A DNA stretch of 64,000 nt, taken from contig JBAYFP010000004.1 in NCBI GenBank assembly GCA_041667145.1, positions 9,100 through 73,099 of the forward strand, in the 5' to 3' direction. The notes beneath the pieces are model-generated. The model saw only the letters and a list, made by a program, of their open reading frames with translations, ran no database searches and was not told where the DNA came from. Shown in pieces: positions 54,608-63,316 of the stretch; position 1 is the stretch's first letter; each line of letters opens with the position of its first letter. Source of the stretch: Minisyncoccota bacterium. GTDB lineage: Bacteria; Patescibacteriota; Minisyncoccia; Phycocordibacterales; UBA9973. Position numbers and translations under genes: made by a program.

Positions 54608-55195
54608 ATGGAAGAAAATTTATGGAAAGATAAAAATTTAATAAAAGTACTTCGGGAAGATGGGGTAGTTATTATGCCTACGGACACTATTTATGGAATG
54701 GTTGGGAAGGCTCAAAGTAGAAATGCGGTGGAACGTATTTATAAAATACGTCAAAGAAGTCCGGATAAACCGTGCATTATTCTCATTGGGGATATTGAAG
54801 AGCTTCAAAAATTTTCAGTAGTTTTGTCAGAAAAGCAAAAAGAAGAAATAAAGAAATATTGGTTTACCCTGAGCGAAGTCGAAGGACCTAGAGCGACTAG
54901 TATTGTCTTAGATTGTATTGATGATGATTTTGAATATCTGCATAGGGGAACTAAAACTTTAGCATTTCGAATGCCTTTTCAAAAGTTATTACGTGAGTTG
55001 CTTTTGAAAGTTGGTCCACTTATTGCTCCTTCTGCAAATCCGGAAGCAAGGCTTCCAGCTTTGAATATTGATGAGGCGAAAGAATATTTTGGGAATTTAG
55101 TGGATTTATATATAGATGGAGGGACTGTTTTAAACAAACATTCAAAACTCATTAAATTGAATGAAGATGGTTCTATCTCTGTGCTTAGAGAATAG
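54608..55195 (+). CDS. tsaC: L-threonylcarbamoyladenylate synthase (YrdC/TsaC family)
   Basis: VIMPTDTIYGMVGKAQ…ERIYKIRQRSPDKPCIILIGD…APSANPEA. 195 aa. Confidence 0.8.
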   Translation: MEENLWKDKNLIKVLREDGVVIMPTDTIYGMVGKAQSRNAVERIYKIRQRSPDKPCIILIGDIEELQKFSVVLSEKQKEEIKKYWFTLSEVEGPRATSIVLDCIDDDFEYLHRGTKTLAFRMPFQKLLRELLLKVGPLIAPSANPEARLPALNIDEAKEYFGNLVDLYIDGGTVLNKHSKLIKLNEDGSISVLRE

Positions 55196-55220
55196 AATTG
55201 TGTCATAATATGGAGATATT

Positions 55221-56591
55221 ATGAAGAAAAGCATTTTAGAAAAGATTTTTAGTGCGCCGGCTGAAGTACTGGAAAAAGGTATTGAACTTGAACGTGATAT
55301 TAAGAATGATATAGAAAATGAGCGTCCGGTAAAAGAAGCTAGAGAATATTGGAAAACATTGGGCCCTGGGCTCACGACTGGTGCAGCTGATGATGATCCT
55401 TCAGGTATCGCCACGTATTCTCAGATGGGTGCGTCACGTGGTTTTAATCTGATCTGGCTTTCACTTTTTTCTTTTCCTTTAATGGCGACTGTTCAGGAAA
55501 TGTGCGCACGTATTGGGCTCACGACTGGTGTTGGTCTTGCTACTAATATCAAGAGACATTTTTCTAAGAAAGTTTTATATTTCTGTACAATACTTTTACT
55601 CTTTGCAAATGTATTTAATATCGGGGCAGACTTGGGTGCGATGGCAAAAGGAACTCAGCTTATTTTCCCTAATGTTGGGTTCACTTTTTTAGTTTTTGGA
55701 TTTGCAATACTTTCTCTCTTGCTTCAGATTTTTATTTCATACAAAGAATATTCAAAATATTTAAAATATTTGGCTTTAGTTCTTTTTGCGTATGTATTTT
55801 CTGCTTTTTCGGTTTCAATAAATTGGGGAGATGTGTTTAATCACTTGGTCGTACCGACTGTTTCTTTCTCAAAGGATGAAATAATTTTAATCTGTGCAGC
55901 ATTCGGAACGACTATCTCGCCTTATTTATTCTTCTGGCAAACCTCACAAGAGGTGGAAGAGCAAATATTAAAAGGGGAGAAAACAGAAGAGATGCGACGT
56001 ACTTTGAATACGAAAGAAGATATTCATAAAATGAGGATAGATGTCTGGTCTGGAATGTTTTTTTCAAATTTAATAATGTTTTTTATTATTGCGACTTGTG
56101 CCGCGACTTTATTTGGAAGTGGTGTTGTAAATATAGGCACAGCAGCGGATGCAGCGCTCGCTCTCAAACCTTTCGCAGGTGATTTTTCATTTACTTTATT
56201 TGCTATTGGTATTTTAGGTGTGGGGCTCTTGGCTATTCCAATTCTCGCAGGTTCAGCATCTTATGCATTATCTGAAGCATTCAATTGGAAGACAGGACTT
56301 TACAGGAAATTGAAACAGGCGACTTCTTTTTATGGAGTGATTATAGTAGCAATGATTTTAGGGATTATTTTGAATTTTGTTGGTCTTGATCCCATAAAAA
56401 CCCTTATTTATGCTGCTGTTTTTAATGGTATAATTTCACCAGTCATTTTGTTTTTTATTGTTCGTATAAGCGCTGATGAAAAGATAATGGGAACTTTTAA
56501 AAACAGGAAATTTACAAATGTTGTGGGTTGGTTTACTGTAGCGTTATTGTTTGTGGTCAGTATTGGCACTATTATTTTCCTTTTTAATTGA
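55221..56591 (+). CDS. mntH: NRAMP-family divalent metal cation transporter
   Basis: LGPGLTTGAADDDPSGIATYSQMGA…MATVQEMCARIGLTTG is the NRAMP signature. Eleven or twelve TM helices. 456 aa. Confidence 0.8.
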   Translation: MKKSILEKIFSAPAEVLEKGIELERDIKNDIENERPVKEAREYWKTLGPGLTTGAADDDPSGIATYSQMGASRGFNLIWLSLFSFPLMATVQEMCARIGLTTGVGLATNIKRHFSKKVLYFCTILLLFANVFNIGADLGAMAKGTQLIFPNVGFTFLVFGFAILSLLLQIFISYKEYSKYLKYLALVLFAYVFSAFSVSINWGDVFNHLVVPTVSFSKDEIILICAAFGTTISPYLFFWQTSQEVEEQILKGEKTEEMRRTLNTKEDIHKMRIDVWSGMFFSNLIMFFIIATCAATLFGSGVVNIGTAADAALALKPFAGDFSFTLFAIGILGVGLLAIPILAGSASYALSEAFNWKTGLYRKLKQATSFYGVIIVAMILGIILNFVGLDPIKTLIYAAVFNGIISPVILFFIVRISADEKIMGTFKNRKFTNVVGWFTVALLFVVSIGTIIFLFN

Positions 56592-57637
56592 ACTTTATGA
56601 AGATTATTGAAAATTATGATTTAACAAAATTAAATACTTTTGGAATATCAGCTAAGGCGAATCTTTTTGTTGAACTGGAGGATGAATCTGACCTGGAAGA
56701 GCTTTTGAAGTCTCCAGAGTTTAAGAATAATGAAAAACTATTTTTAGGTGGAGGAAGTAATGTTTTATTTATTAAAGATTTTAAAGGAATTGTTGTTTTA
56801 AACAAGTTAAAAGGTATTGAAATATCAAAAGAAGATTCTGAAAATGTGTTAGTGAGAGCAATGGGAGGAGAAATGTGGCATGATTTGGTGATGTTTATTG
56901 TCGAAAAAGGATATTGGGGTATTGAAAATTTATCTTTGATACCTGGCACTGTCGGGGCTGCTCCAATACAGAATATAGGGGCATATGGTGTGGAGCTTAA
57001 AGATATTTTGGAAAATGTGGAGGTATATGAGATAGAGACTGGTGAAAAACGTGTTTTTAAAAAAGATGAATGTGAATTTGGTTATCGAGAGAGTATATTT
57101 AAAAATAAAGTAAGAGGAAAATATTTTATTTCGGCCGTAACTTTGAGATTAAATAAAGAAAAGATAGAAAATACAAGTTATAAAATGTTGCAAGAATATT
57201 TAGATAAAAATGAGATTAAAATTAATAATCCCAAAGATGTGAGCGACGCTGTGGTGGCTATCAGAAAAAGTAAATTACCTGATCCGAAAGTTTTTGGGAA
57301 TGCAGGAAGTTTTTTCAAGAATGTTTATATCGAGAAAGAAAAATTTGAAAACTTATTGAAACTTCATGATGATATGCCATTTTTCAAGGAAGGAGATGGG
57401 ATGATAAAGATTCCTGCTGGTTGGCTCATTGAAAAATGTGGCCCACGCCAGGGCGGGGCAAGTTGGAAGGGTTATAGGATTGGGAATGTCGGGGTACATG
57501 AAAAACAGGCCTTAGTTCTTGTGAATTATGGAGGAGCCACAGGAGAAGAAGTAATGAATTTGTCTAAGCAAATAATAGATTCTGTAAGTTCCAAATTCGG
57601 CTTAGTTTTAGAAAGAGAAGTGAATTTGATCTCGTAG
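56588..57637 (+). CDS. murB: UDP-N-acetylenolpyruvoylglucosamine reductase
   Basis: LNTFGISAKANLFVE…FLGGGSNVLF (FAD binding)…GNAGSFFKN…REVNLIS. 349 aa. Confidence 0.85.
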   Translation: MNFMKIIENYDLTKLNTFGISAKANLFVELEDESDLEELLKSPEFKNNEKLFLGGGSNVLFIKDFKGIVVLNKLKGIEISKEDSENVLVRAMGGEMWHDLVMFIVEKGYWGIENLSLIPGTVGAAPIQNIGAYGVELKDILENVEVYEIETGEKRVFKKDECEFGYRESIFKNKVRGKYFISAVTLRLNKEKIENTSYKMLQEYLDKNEIKINNPKDVSDAVVAIRKSKLPDPKVFGNAGSFFKNVYIEKEKFENLLKLHDDMPFFKEGDGMIKIPAGWLIEKCGPRQGGASWKGYRIGNVGVHEKQALVLVNYGGATGEEVMNLSKQIIDSVSSKFGLVLEREVNLIS

Positions 57638-57762
57638 TGAGTTTTGGTAATACACAAAGCGTATTTTAAAAATTTTATACAAAATACACTTATGAGATTG
57701 ATTTAGTAGTGGTATAGTATACAATTAATTTATTAAAAGCTTAATTTTTTTAATATAAATAT

Positions 57763-58218
57763 ATGAAAGAAACATTTTACAACGATGATGGTCACGGAGG
57801 TGATTTCAATAAAAAAGAAGTTGTTGACACTTTTAATTTTAATGAAGATATAGTTACAGAACCCAAAGAAGGTGATTTGGCATTATGTGCAAAGACAGGT
57901 GAAAGAAACTCAAAAAATGAGTACGAATGGGCACTTTTACCTATGCAATCTCAATTTGAGAAAGAGCACAGAGTTGTATTATTTTTTGGGAAAGAAGAAT
58001 CGGATGATTTTATAAAAAAAGCTGTTCGTTTTTTAGTAAAGAATTATCCTAAGATGGAACCTGGCGTTTTCAAAATTGATATGGATGCTTACAAGTATTT
58101 TAAAGAAGAATCAGAATTTTCGGATGTACTTTTTGTTAAAGTTACTCCAGAGAATTTTCATGAAAGAAATGTAATCACTGGTTTTGAGGATTTAAATTTT
58201 GGTAAAGAAAATATTTAA
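57763..58218 (+). CDS. Hypothetical protein
   Basis: 151 aa. Acidic. No motif recognised. Confidence 0.45.
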   Translation: MKETFYNDDGHGGDFNKKEVVDTFNFNEDIVTEPKEGDLALCAKTGERNSKNEYEWALLPMQSQFEKEHRVVLFFGKEESDDFIKKAVRFLVKNYPKMEPGVFKIDMDAYKYFKEESEFSDVLFVKVTPENFHERNVITGFEDLNFGKENI

Positions 58219-58296
58219 ATGAGAGCTAGGGTAGAACTTTGAAAAAGTTTCATTACGGGGTATAATTAAAATATTATAAAATAAATTTCTTAAATT

Positions 58297-58794
58297 ATGT
58301 CAAAAGAAAAAATAAAAATGGTTGTTTGGTTTTTGATAGTCATCATAGTAGTCGGTGGTTTAGTTCTCATTACTATTAACAATAAAGGAGCAGAATCTGT
58401 TACTGATACATCATCAGGCACAGGACAAGAAAATATGCAAAATACACAACAAGTGGAAGGAGTTAAAATTACAATTGTCAAAGAAGGGACGGGAGCTCAG
58501 GCTAAATCAGGTGATACTGTTGCTATGAATTACACAGGAAAGCTCGTAGATGGCACTGTTTTTGATTCAAATGTTGATCCTAAATTTAATCATGTACAAC
58601 CTTTTGTTTTTTCATTGGGAGCAGGACAAGTCATTAAAGGTTGGGATGTAGGAGTAGCGGGGATGAAAGTCGGAGAGAAGAGGATCTTAGAAATTAATCC
58701 AGATTATGGTTATGGTGCGACTGGCGCTGGAGGAGTCATACCACCAAATGCGACCTTGGTTTTTGACGTCGAATTATTAGGAATTAAAGAATAA
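58297..58794 (+). CDS. FKBP-type peptidyl-prolyl cis-trans isomerase, membrane-anchored
   Basis: N-terminal TM helix. GDTVAMNYTGKLVDGTVFDSN…FSLGAGQVIKGWDVGVAGMKVGEKRIL…PNATLVFDVELLGI. Confidence 0.85.
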   Translation: MSKEKIKMVVWFLIVIIVVGGLVLITINNKGAESVTDTSSGTGQENMQNTQQVEGVKITIVKEGTGAQAKSGDTVAMNYTGKLVDGTVFDSNVDPKFNHVQPFVFSLGAGQVIKGWDVGVAGMKVGEKRILEINPDYGYGATGAGGVIPPNATLVFDVELLGIKE

Positions 58795-58799
58795 TTTAT

Positions 58800-59582
58800 A
58801 TGCAATTATCTCAAGAACAAAAAATAAAATTATATCGTGTTATTAAGATTGCTCTTATCGCTTTTATTGTCGCATTTGCTGTAAATATTATATTTGAGCT
58901 TACTTCCGATCATAATAGATACGGTAATAATCCAGAGAATACTATAAGTTTTTCTGGACACGGAGAGGTCACGGCTGTGCCTGACATTGCTAGCGTCTAT
59001 TTTACTATTAATAAAGATGCTAAGACAGTCAAAGAAGCGCAAGCGCTTGTCGCAGGGATCGAAAAGAAATCTTTAGATTTCTTGAAAACTAATAATGTCT
59101 TAGATAAAGATATTCAAGCTTCAAATGCTTCTTTTAGTCCAAAGTATGAATACAGATACGATACGAAAATATCAATGCCTTATCCAGGAAATAGTGTGAT
59201 CGTGGGTTATACTGCTTCGGAAAGCATAACGGTAAAAGTTAGAAATACTGATGATGTAGGGAAGATCATACAAGGGCTTGGTACATTAGGTGTCACCGAT
59301 CTTAGTGGCCCAAATTTTTCTATAGATAACGAAGATGGATTAAAAGCAGAGGCTAGAAAGAAAGCGATCGATGATGCAAAAGCAAAAGCAGAAGTTTTAG
59401 CGAGAGATTTAGGTGTTCATTTAGGCAAGATTACTTCTTTCAATGAATCTGGTAATTATCCTACCCCTATGTATGCAAAAGGAATGATGGATAGTGTTTC
59501 TAGTGCTCCAGCCAGAGCTCAAGTACCAAAAGGGGAGAATACGATAAGCTCAGATGTCACTATTACTTATGAGATAAAGTAA
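58800..59582 (+). CDS. SIMPL-domain (DUF541) periplasmic protein
   Basis: N-terminal TM helix. TISFSGHGEVTAVPDIASVYF…GYTASESITVKVRN…KAEARKKAIDDAKAKAEVLA. Confidence 0.7.
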   Translation: MQLSQEQKIKLYRVIKIALIAFIVAFAVNIIFELTSDHNRYGNNPENTISFSGHGEVTAVPDIASVYFTINKDAKTVKEAQALVAGIEKKSLDFLKTNNVLDKDIQASNASFSPKYEYRYDTKISMPYPGNSVIVGYTASESITVKVRNTDDVGKIIQGLGTLGVTDLSGPNFSIDNEDGLKAEARKKAIDDAKAKAEVLARDLGVHLGKITSFNESGNYPTPMYAKGMMDSVSSAPARAQVPKGENTISSDVTITYEIK

Positions 59583-59586
59583 ATTT

Positions 59587-59838
59587 ATGGCAGAAGATTT
59601 AAATTTAGAAGGAAATAAAGAAATAGAAGAGGCTTTAAAAAAGCTTGAAATGGAAAATGCTGTCGAAGCTATAGAACGAGTCGCTCCAATTGTGAAAAAT
59701 GCTGACGCCCCTACTATGGTGCGATGGGTGATGAAGCTCTTTGGTGGATTAATAAAGACTCAAAAACAAGCGGAATACGTATTAGTAGTATTTGCGATAG
59801 TGATCTTTGGTATTTCTTTGTATTTATTTTTTAGTTAA
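59587..59838 (+). CDS. Small protein with a C-terminal TM helix
   Basis: 83 aa. Confidence 0.4.
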   Translation: MAEDLNLEGNKEIEEALKKLEMENAVEAIERVAPIVKNADAPTMVRWVMKLFGGLIKTQKQAEYVLVVFAIVIFGISLYLFFS

Positions 59839-59842
59839 TGTT

Positions 59843-60373
59843 ATGAAAAATAAAATTATAAATAGAGGATTTACTCTGATAGAGCTTCTTGTCGTTGTGG
59901 CTATTATTAGTCTGCTTTCAAGTATTGTGATGAGTTCATTAAATTCTGCGAGGAGTAAGGCTAGAGATGCGACAAGGAAGAATGATTTAAGACAGCTTTC
60001 TATTGCAAATGAGTTACGTTTTAGTTCTGGTAATGATTATGCAAGTGCGAGTGGTTGGATTGAACCTAACTCAAATGGTACCCCAGATTCTATCGTTGGT
60101 GAGTTGACTCCAGGGTATATAGCAGAAATTCCAGGTTATCCATTAGCGACAAGGCGCTTTATGTATTTTAGAAAGACTACATCAACGTCTTGGCCTGCTC
60201 TCAATGACTGTTTGACTTTTTATGGGTATACAGGAAATGCATCCAAGTATGGTTTTTACATAAATCTTGAAAACCCTCCTTCTAGCCAAGATCCTAATAA
60301 CGTTGCTAATGGAGATGCATTTGATCTGTGTGTAGGATCTAAATATGGAATGAATTATAAGATTGGGAATTAG
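59843..60373 (+). CDS. Type IV pilin/pseudopilin (prepilin with N-terminal methylation motif)
   Basis: MKNKIINRG|FTLIELLVVVAIISLLSSIV prepilin peptidase site. Start moved to the internal ATG. Confidence 0.8.
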   Translation: MKNKIINRGFTLIELLVVVAIISLLSSIVMSSLNSARSKARDATRKNDLRQLSIANELRFSSGNDYASASGWIEPNSNGTPDSIVGELTPGYIAEIPGYPLATRRFMYFRKTTSTSWPALNDCLTFYGYTGNASKYGFYINLENPPSSQDPNNVANGDAFDLCVGSKYGMNYKIGN

Positions 60374-60395
60374 TTGACTATTTTAGGTAAAAAGA

Positions 60396-60425
60396 GTACT
60401 ATTAAAAGAGCCCTTGAAAGGGGGC
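60396..60425 (+). terminator. Rho-independent terminator after the pilin gene
   Basis: AAAAGAGCCCTT-GAAA-GGGGGCTTTTTT. Confidence 0.6.
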
Positions 60426-60457
60426 TTTTTTAAAAGGTTTAGATTTTATATAAAAAT

Positions 60458-60643
60458 ATGTCGAAAATTACTGAATATTTAAAGGAAACAAAGGCAGAGT
60501 TAAAGCATGTGATCTGGCCAAATAGACAGCAAACTATTTATTATACTTTGATAGTAGTCGCATTGTCTGTCATCATTGCATACCTTTTAGGTATTTTTGA
60601 TTTTATATTCTTACAAGGATTACAGAAATTAATTTCTTTTTAA
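60458..60643 (+). CDS. secE: Preprotein translocase subunit SecE
   Basis: 61 aa. KETKAELKHVIWPNRQQTIYYTLIVVALSVIIAYLLG. Immediately upstream of nusG. Confidence 0.8.
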   Translation: MSKITEYLKETKAELKHVIWPNRQQTIYYTLIVVALSVIIAYLLGIFDFIFLQGLQKLISF

Positions 60644-60646
60644 ATT

Positions 60647-61192
60647 ATGTCAAAACAAGAAACGGAAGGATCAAGAAATTGGTATGCTATTCATACTTAT
60701 GCCGGATATGAAAATGTCGTTCTTCGTAACTTGAAGCAACGCATTGATTCATTGGGGATGAATGACAAGATTTTTAATGTTATTGTTCCGATAGAAAAAA
60801 AGATAAAAATAAAAGGTGGCAAGCGAGTAGAGGTGGAAGAGAAGATATATCCTGGTTATGTGCTTGTCGATATGATCGTCACAGATGATTCTTGGTATGT
60901 TGTTCGTAATACTCCACGTGTCACAGGGTTTGTCGGTGCTGGAGTAAATCCTGTTCCTCTCAAGAAAGAAGAAGTTGATTATTTATTCAAGAAAATGGAT
61001 ACGGGAACTGTCAGACACAACATTGATCTTGCTATTGATGAGATGGTTCGTATTGTAGACGGCCCATTTAAGGACCTTGAAGGTAAAGTAAACGCTGTCG
61101 ATCAAGAACGTGGAAAAGTAAAAGTTTTAGTTTCAATATTTGGTCGCGAGACACCAGTCGAACTCGATTTCTTGCAAGTTAAGAAGACTTAA
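60647..61192 (+). CDS. nusG: Transcription termination/antitermination factor NusG
   Basis: WYAIHTYAGYENVV (NGN domain). C-terminal KOW (GPFKDLEGKVNAVDQERGKVKVLVSIFGRETPVEL). Confidence 0.9.
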   Translation: MSKQETEGSRNWYAIHTYAGYENVVLRNLKQRIDSLGMNDKIFNVIVPIEKKIKIKGGKRVEVEEKIYPGYVLVDMIVTDDSWYVVRNTPRVTGFVGAGVNPVPLKKEEVDYLFKKMDTGTVRHNIDLAIDEMVRIVDGPFKDLEGKVNAVDQERGKVKVLVSIFGRETPVELDFLQVKKT

Positions 61193-61208
61193 GGTAATCT
61201 AAAATAAT

Positions 61209-61634
61209 ATGGCAAAAAAGATAACAAAAAAAATTAAATTACAAATCCAAGCTGCGAAAGCAACCCCAGCGCCTCCATTAGGGCCCGCATTGGGACAAGC
61301 TGGTATAAATATTGGAGATTTCGTTACCAAGTTTAATGCTGCGACTGCTAAAATGGCTGGGGATAAAGTATCTGTAAATATCACAGTTTATGAAGACAGA
61401 AGCTATGATTTCGTTGTGAAAACTCCTCCAGCTACAGGGCTTATCTTAAAAGCAGCTGGCGTGGAAAAAGGTTCAGGGAAAAATGCCACTAGTAAAGTCG
61501 GCAAGATTACCAAAGCTCAAGCTTGGGAAATAGCGGAAAAGAAAATGAAAGATTTGAATGCGAAAGACAAAGAAGGGGCAATCAATATCATCGCTGGCTC
61601 CGCTCGAAGTATGGGGATAGAGGTCAAAGATTAA
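61209..61634 (+). CDS. rplK: 50S ribosomal protein L11
   Basis: [35 protein letters not shown] is the L11 hallmark. 141 aa. Confidence 0.9.
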   Translation: MAKKITKKIKLQIQAAKATPAPPLGPALGQAGINIGDFVTKFNAATAKMAGDKVSVNITVYEDRSYDFVVKTPPATGLILKAAGVEKGSGKNATSKVGKITKAQAWEIAEKKMKDLNAKDKEGAINIIAGSARSMGIEVKD

Positions 61635-61648
61635 ATAAACATTTTATT

Positions 61649-61683
61649 AAAAAAGCCAATGGAGAAATCTGTTGGCTTTTTTA
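61649..61683 (+). terminator. Strong rho-independent terminator directly after rplK
   Basis: AAAAAAGCCAA-TGGAGAAATCTG-TTGGCTTTTTT. Confidence 0.7.
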
Positions 61684-61706
61684 ATTTTTGGGAGTATGAT
61701 TATGGG

Positions 61707-62207
61707 ATGAAAAAAGTTACTAAAGTTGAAAAACACAAAAGACCTTCTTGGGATGAATACTTTTTAAATATGGTAGAAATGATCGGTACTCGTGGGACTT
61801 GTGATAGAGGATACGCTGGGGCTGTAATCGTGAAAGATAAGAGAATTTTAGCTACAGGGTACGTCGGTGCTCCGGCGGGGCTACCTAGTTGTGATGATAT
61901 TGGCCATGAGATGCATACTGTGATAAATGAAGATGGCACGGAGTCTAGGCACTGTATTAGAACTTCACATGCAGAGCAAAATGCTATAAATAATGCGGCA
62001 AGAGTAGGTGTCGCTATAGAAGGAAGTACTATGTACTGTAAGATGATTCCTTGTTATAAATGCGCACAGAGTATTATCAATTCAGGGATAGTTAGAGTGG
62101 TGGCTTTAAAAGACTATCATGGTGCGAAAAGAACAAAAGAGATTTTTAAACAGGCAAAAATCAAATTTACTATACTCGGAGCAATGGAGATTTATAAGGA
62201 TATGTAA
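61707..62207 (+). CDS. Deoxycytidylate (dCMP) deaminase, CMP/dCMP deaminase zinc-binding family
   Basis: SWDEYFLNMVEMIGTRGTC…HAEQNAI…PCYKCA zinc ligands. Start moved to MKKVTKV, because the tracked start lay inside the rplK terminator. Confidence 0.8.
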   Translation: MKKVTKVEKHKRPSWDEYFLNMVEMIGTRGTCDRGYAGAVIVKDKRILATGYVGAPAGLPSCDDIGHEMHTVINEDGTESRHCIRTSHAEQNAINNAARVGVAIEGSTMYCKMIPCYKCAQSIINSGIVRVVALKDYHGAKRTKEIFKQAKIKFTILGAMEIYKDM

Positions 62208-62212
62208 ATAAT

Positions 62213-62764
62213 ATGACTAAAATAATTTTAGCAGTAGTTGGTTTGTTTGGTTCAGGAAAAACAGAAGCAATTGAATATTTAATAAAAAAAACGGGTTGGC
62301 CGAAGGTTTATTTTGGTGATGTAACTTTTGATGAGATGAAAAGAATTGGGTTGGAGATAAATGAGGCCAATGAACGTAAGACGAGAGAAAGATTGCGTGC
62401 AGAGTTTGGGCAACTTCTTTATGCACATAGAATGATAGAAAAAATTAAAGGCTTACAGAATTCGGAGAATGTTTTAGTAGAAAGTTTATATAGTTGGGAA
62501 GAATATTTAGAATTTAAAAAAGAATTCGGAGACTCTTTCAAGGTTCTTGCGATATATGCCTCTCCAGAGGAACGTATTAGTAGAATAAAAAATAGATCGA
62601 TTCGTCCGCTTAATAGGGAAGATGCAATTTCTCGTGATTATTCACAAATAGAAAACTTACATCAAGCAGGTCCGATAGCACGCGCAGATTTCACTATTTT
62701 AAATGAAAGTTCGAAAGAGAATTTATATAAACAAATTGATGAGATAATTAAGAAGATTTCTTAA
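62213..62764 (+). CDS. P-loop nucleotide kinase (dephospho-CoA-kinase / dNMP-kinase-like fold)
   Basis: Walker A AVVGLFGSGKTEA. 183 aa. Sits between dCMP deaminase and folA, suggesting a nucleotide-metabolism role. Confidence 0.5.
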   Translation: MTKIILAVVGLFGSGKTEAIEYLIKKTGWPKVYFGDVTFDEMKRIGLEINEANERKTRERLRAEFGQLLYAHRMIEKIKGLQNSENVLVESLYSWEEYLEFKKEFGDSFKVLAIYASPEERISRIKNRSIRPLNREDAISRDYSQIENLHQAGPIARADFTILNESSKENLYKQIDEIIKKIS

Positions 62765-63239
62765 TATATTCAACAAATTCTAGGTCATATTTATTTAATT
62801 CATCTTTTGGGTATTTTTTGCTATTTGTTTTCTGCCAAATATTTGTATCAATTGTCGGGAAAAATATATCAGCGTCGGGGAATTCTGCATCGACATGAGT
62901 AATATATAGCTTATCAGCTTTGTTTATAAACAATTTATATATTTGTCCTCCGCCAATAACAAAATTTTCTGTATTTTTATCTAAAATATTATCAAGCTCT
63001 TCTGCAGAATAAATTATTTCTATTCCCTCTGATTTGAAATTTTTATCTAGTGTAAGAATTATGTTTCTACGTTTTGGGAGTGGGCGGCCGATAGATTCGA
63101 AAGTTTTTTGACCCATTATGACAGTGTGTCCGGACGTTGTTTCTCTGAAATGTTTCATATCTCTCGGTAAATTCCAAAGAAGTTCATTCTTCTTTCCTAT
63201 TTCATTATTTTTACCGATTGCAGATATAAGTGAGATCAT
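62748..63239 (-). CDS. folA: Dihydrofolate reductase
   Basis: MISLISAIGKNNEIGKKNELLWNLPRDMKHFRETTSGHTVIMGQKTFESIG…NFVIGGGQIY. 163 aa. Confidence 0.85.
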   Translation of the reverse strand: MISLISAIGKNNEIGKKNELLWNLPRDMKHFRETTSGHTVIMGQKTFESIGRPLPKRRNIILTLDKNFKSEGIEIIYSAEELDNILDKNTENFVIGGGQIYKLFINKADKLYITHVDAEFPDADIFFPTIDTNIWQKTNSKKYPKDELNKYDLEFVEYIKKSS

Positions 63240-63316
63240 CCCAGTACTAAAATTTTAACTAATAATCTTTTATCTTTATATCCCGTAATCAAAAATTTAG
63301 TACGGGACAGGTATTT
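63240..63316. repeat. Long-loop hairpin repeat filling the entire thyA-folA intercistronic gap
   Basis: CCCAGTACTAAAATTTTA…AAAAATTTAGTACGGGACAGGTATTT. Arms nearly identical to the copy at 13542..13654. Abuts the folA ATG and the thyA stop. Confidence 0.55.

Noticed and set aside
61659-61706. Upstream extension of the dCMP deaminase ORF (track start 61659)
   Set aside because: The tracked start lies inside the rplK terminator hairpin. The internal ATG at 61707 (MKKVTKV) was chosen instead.
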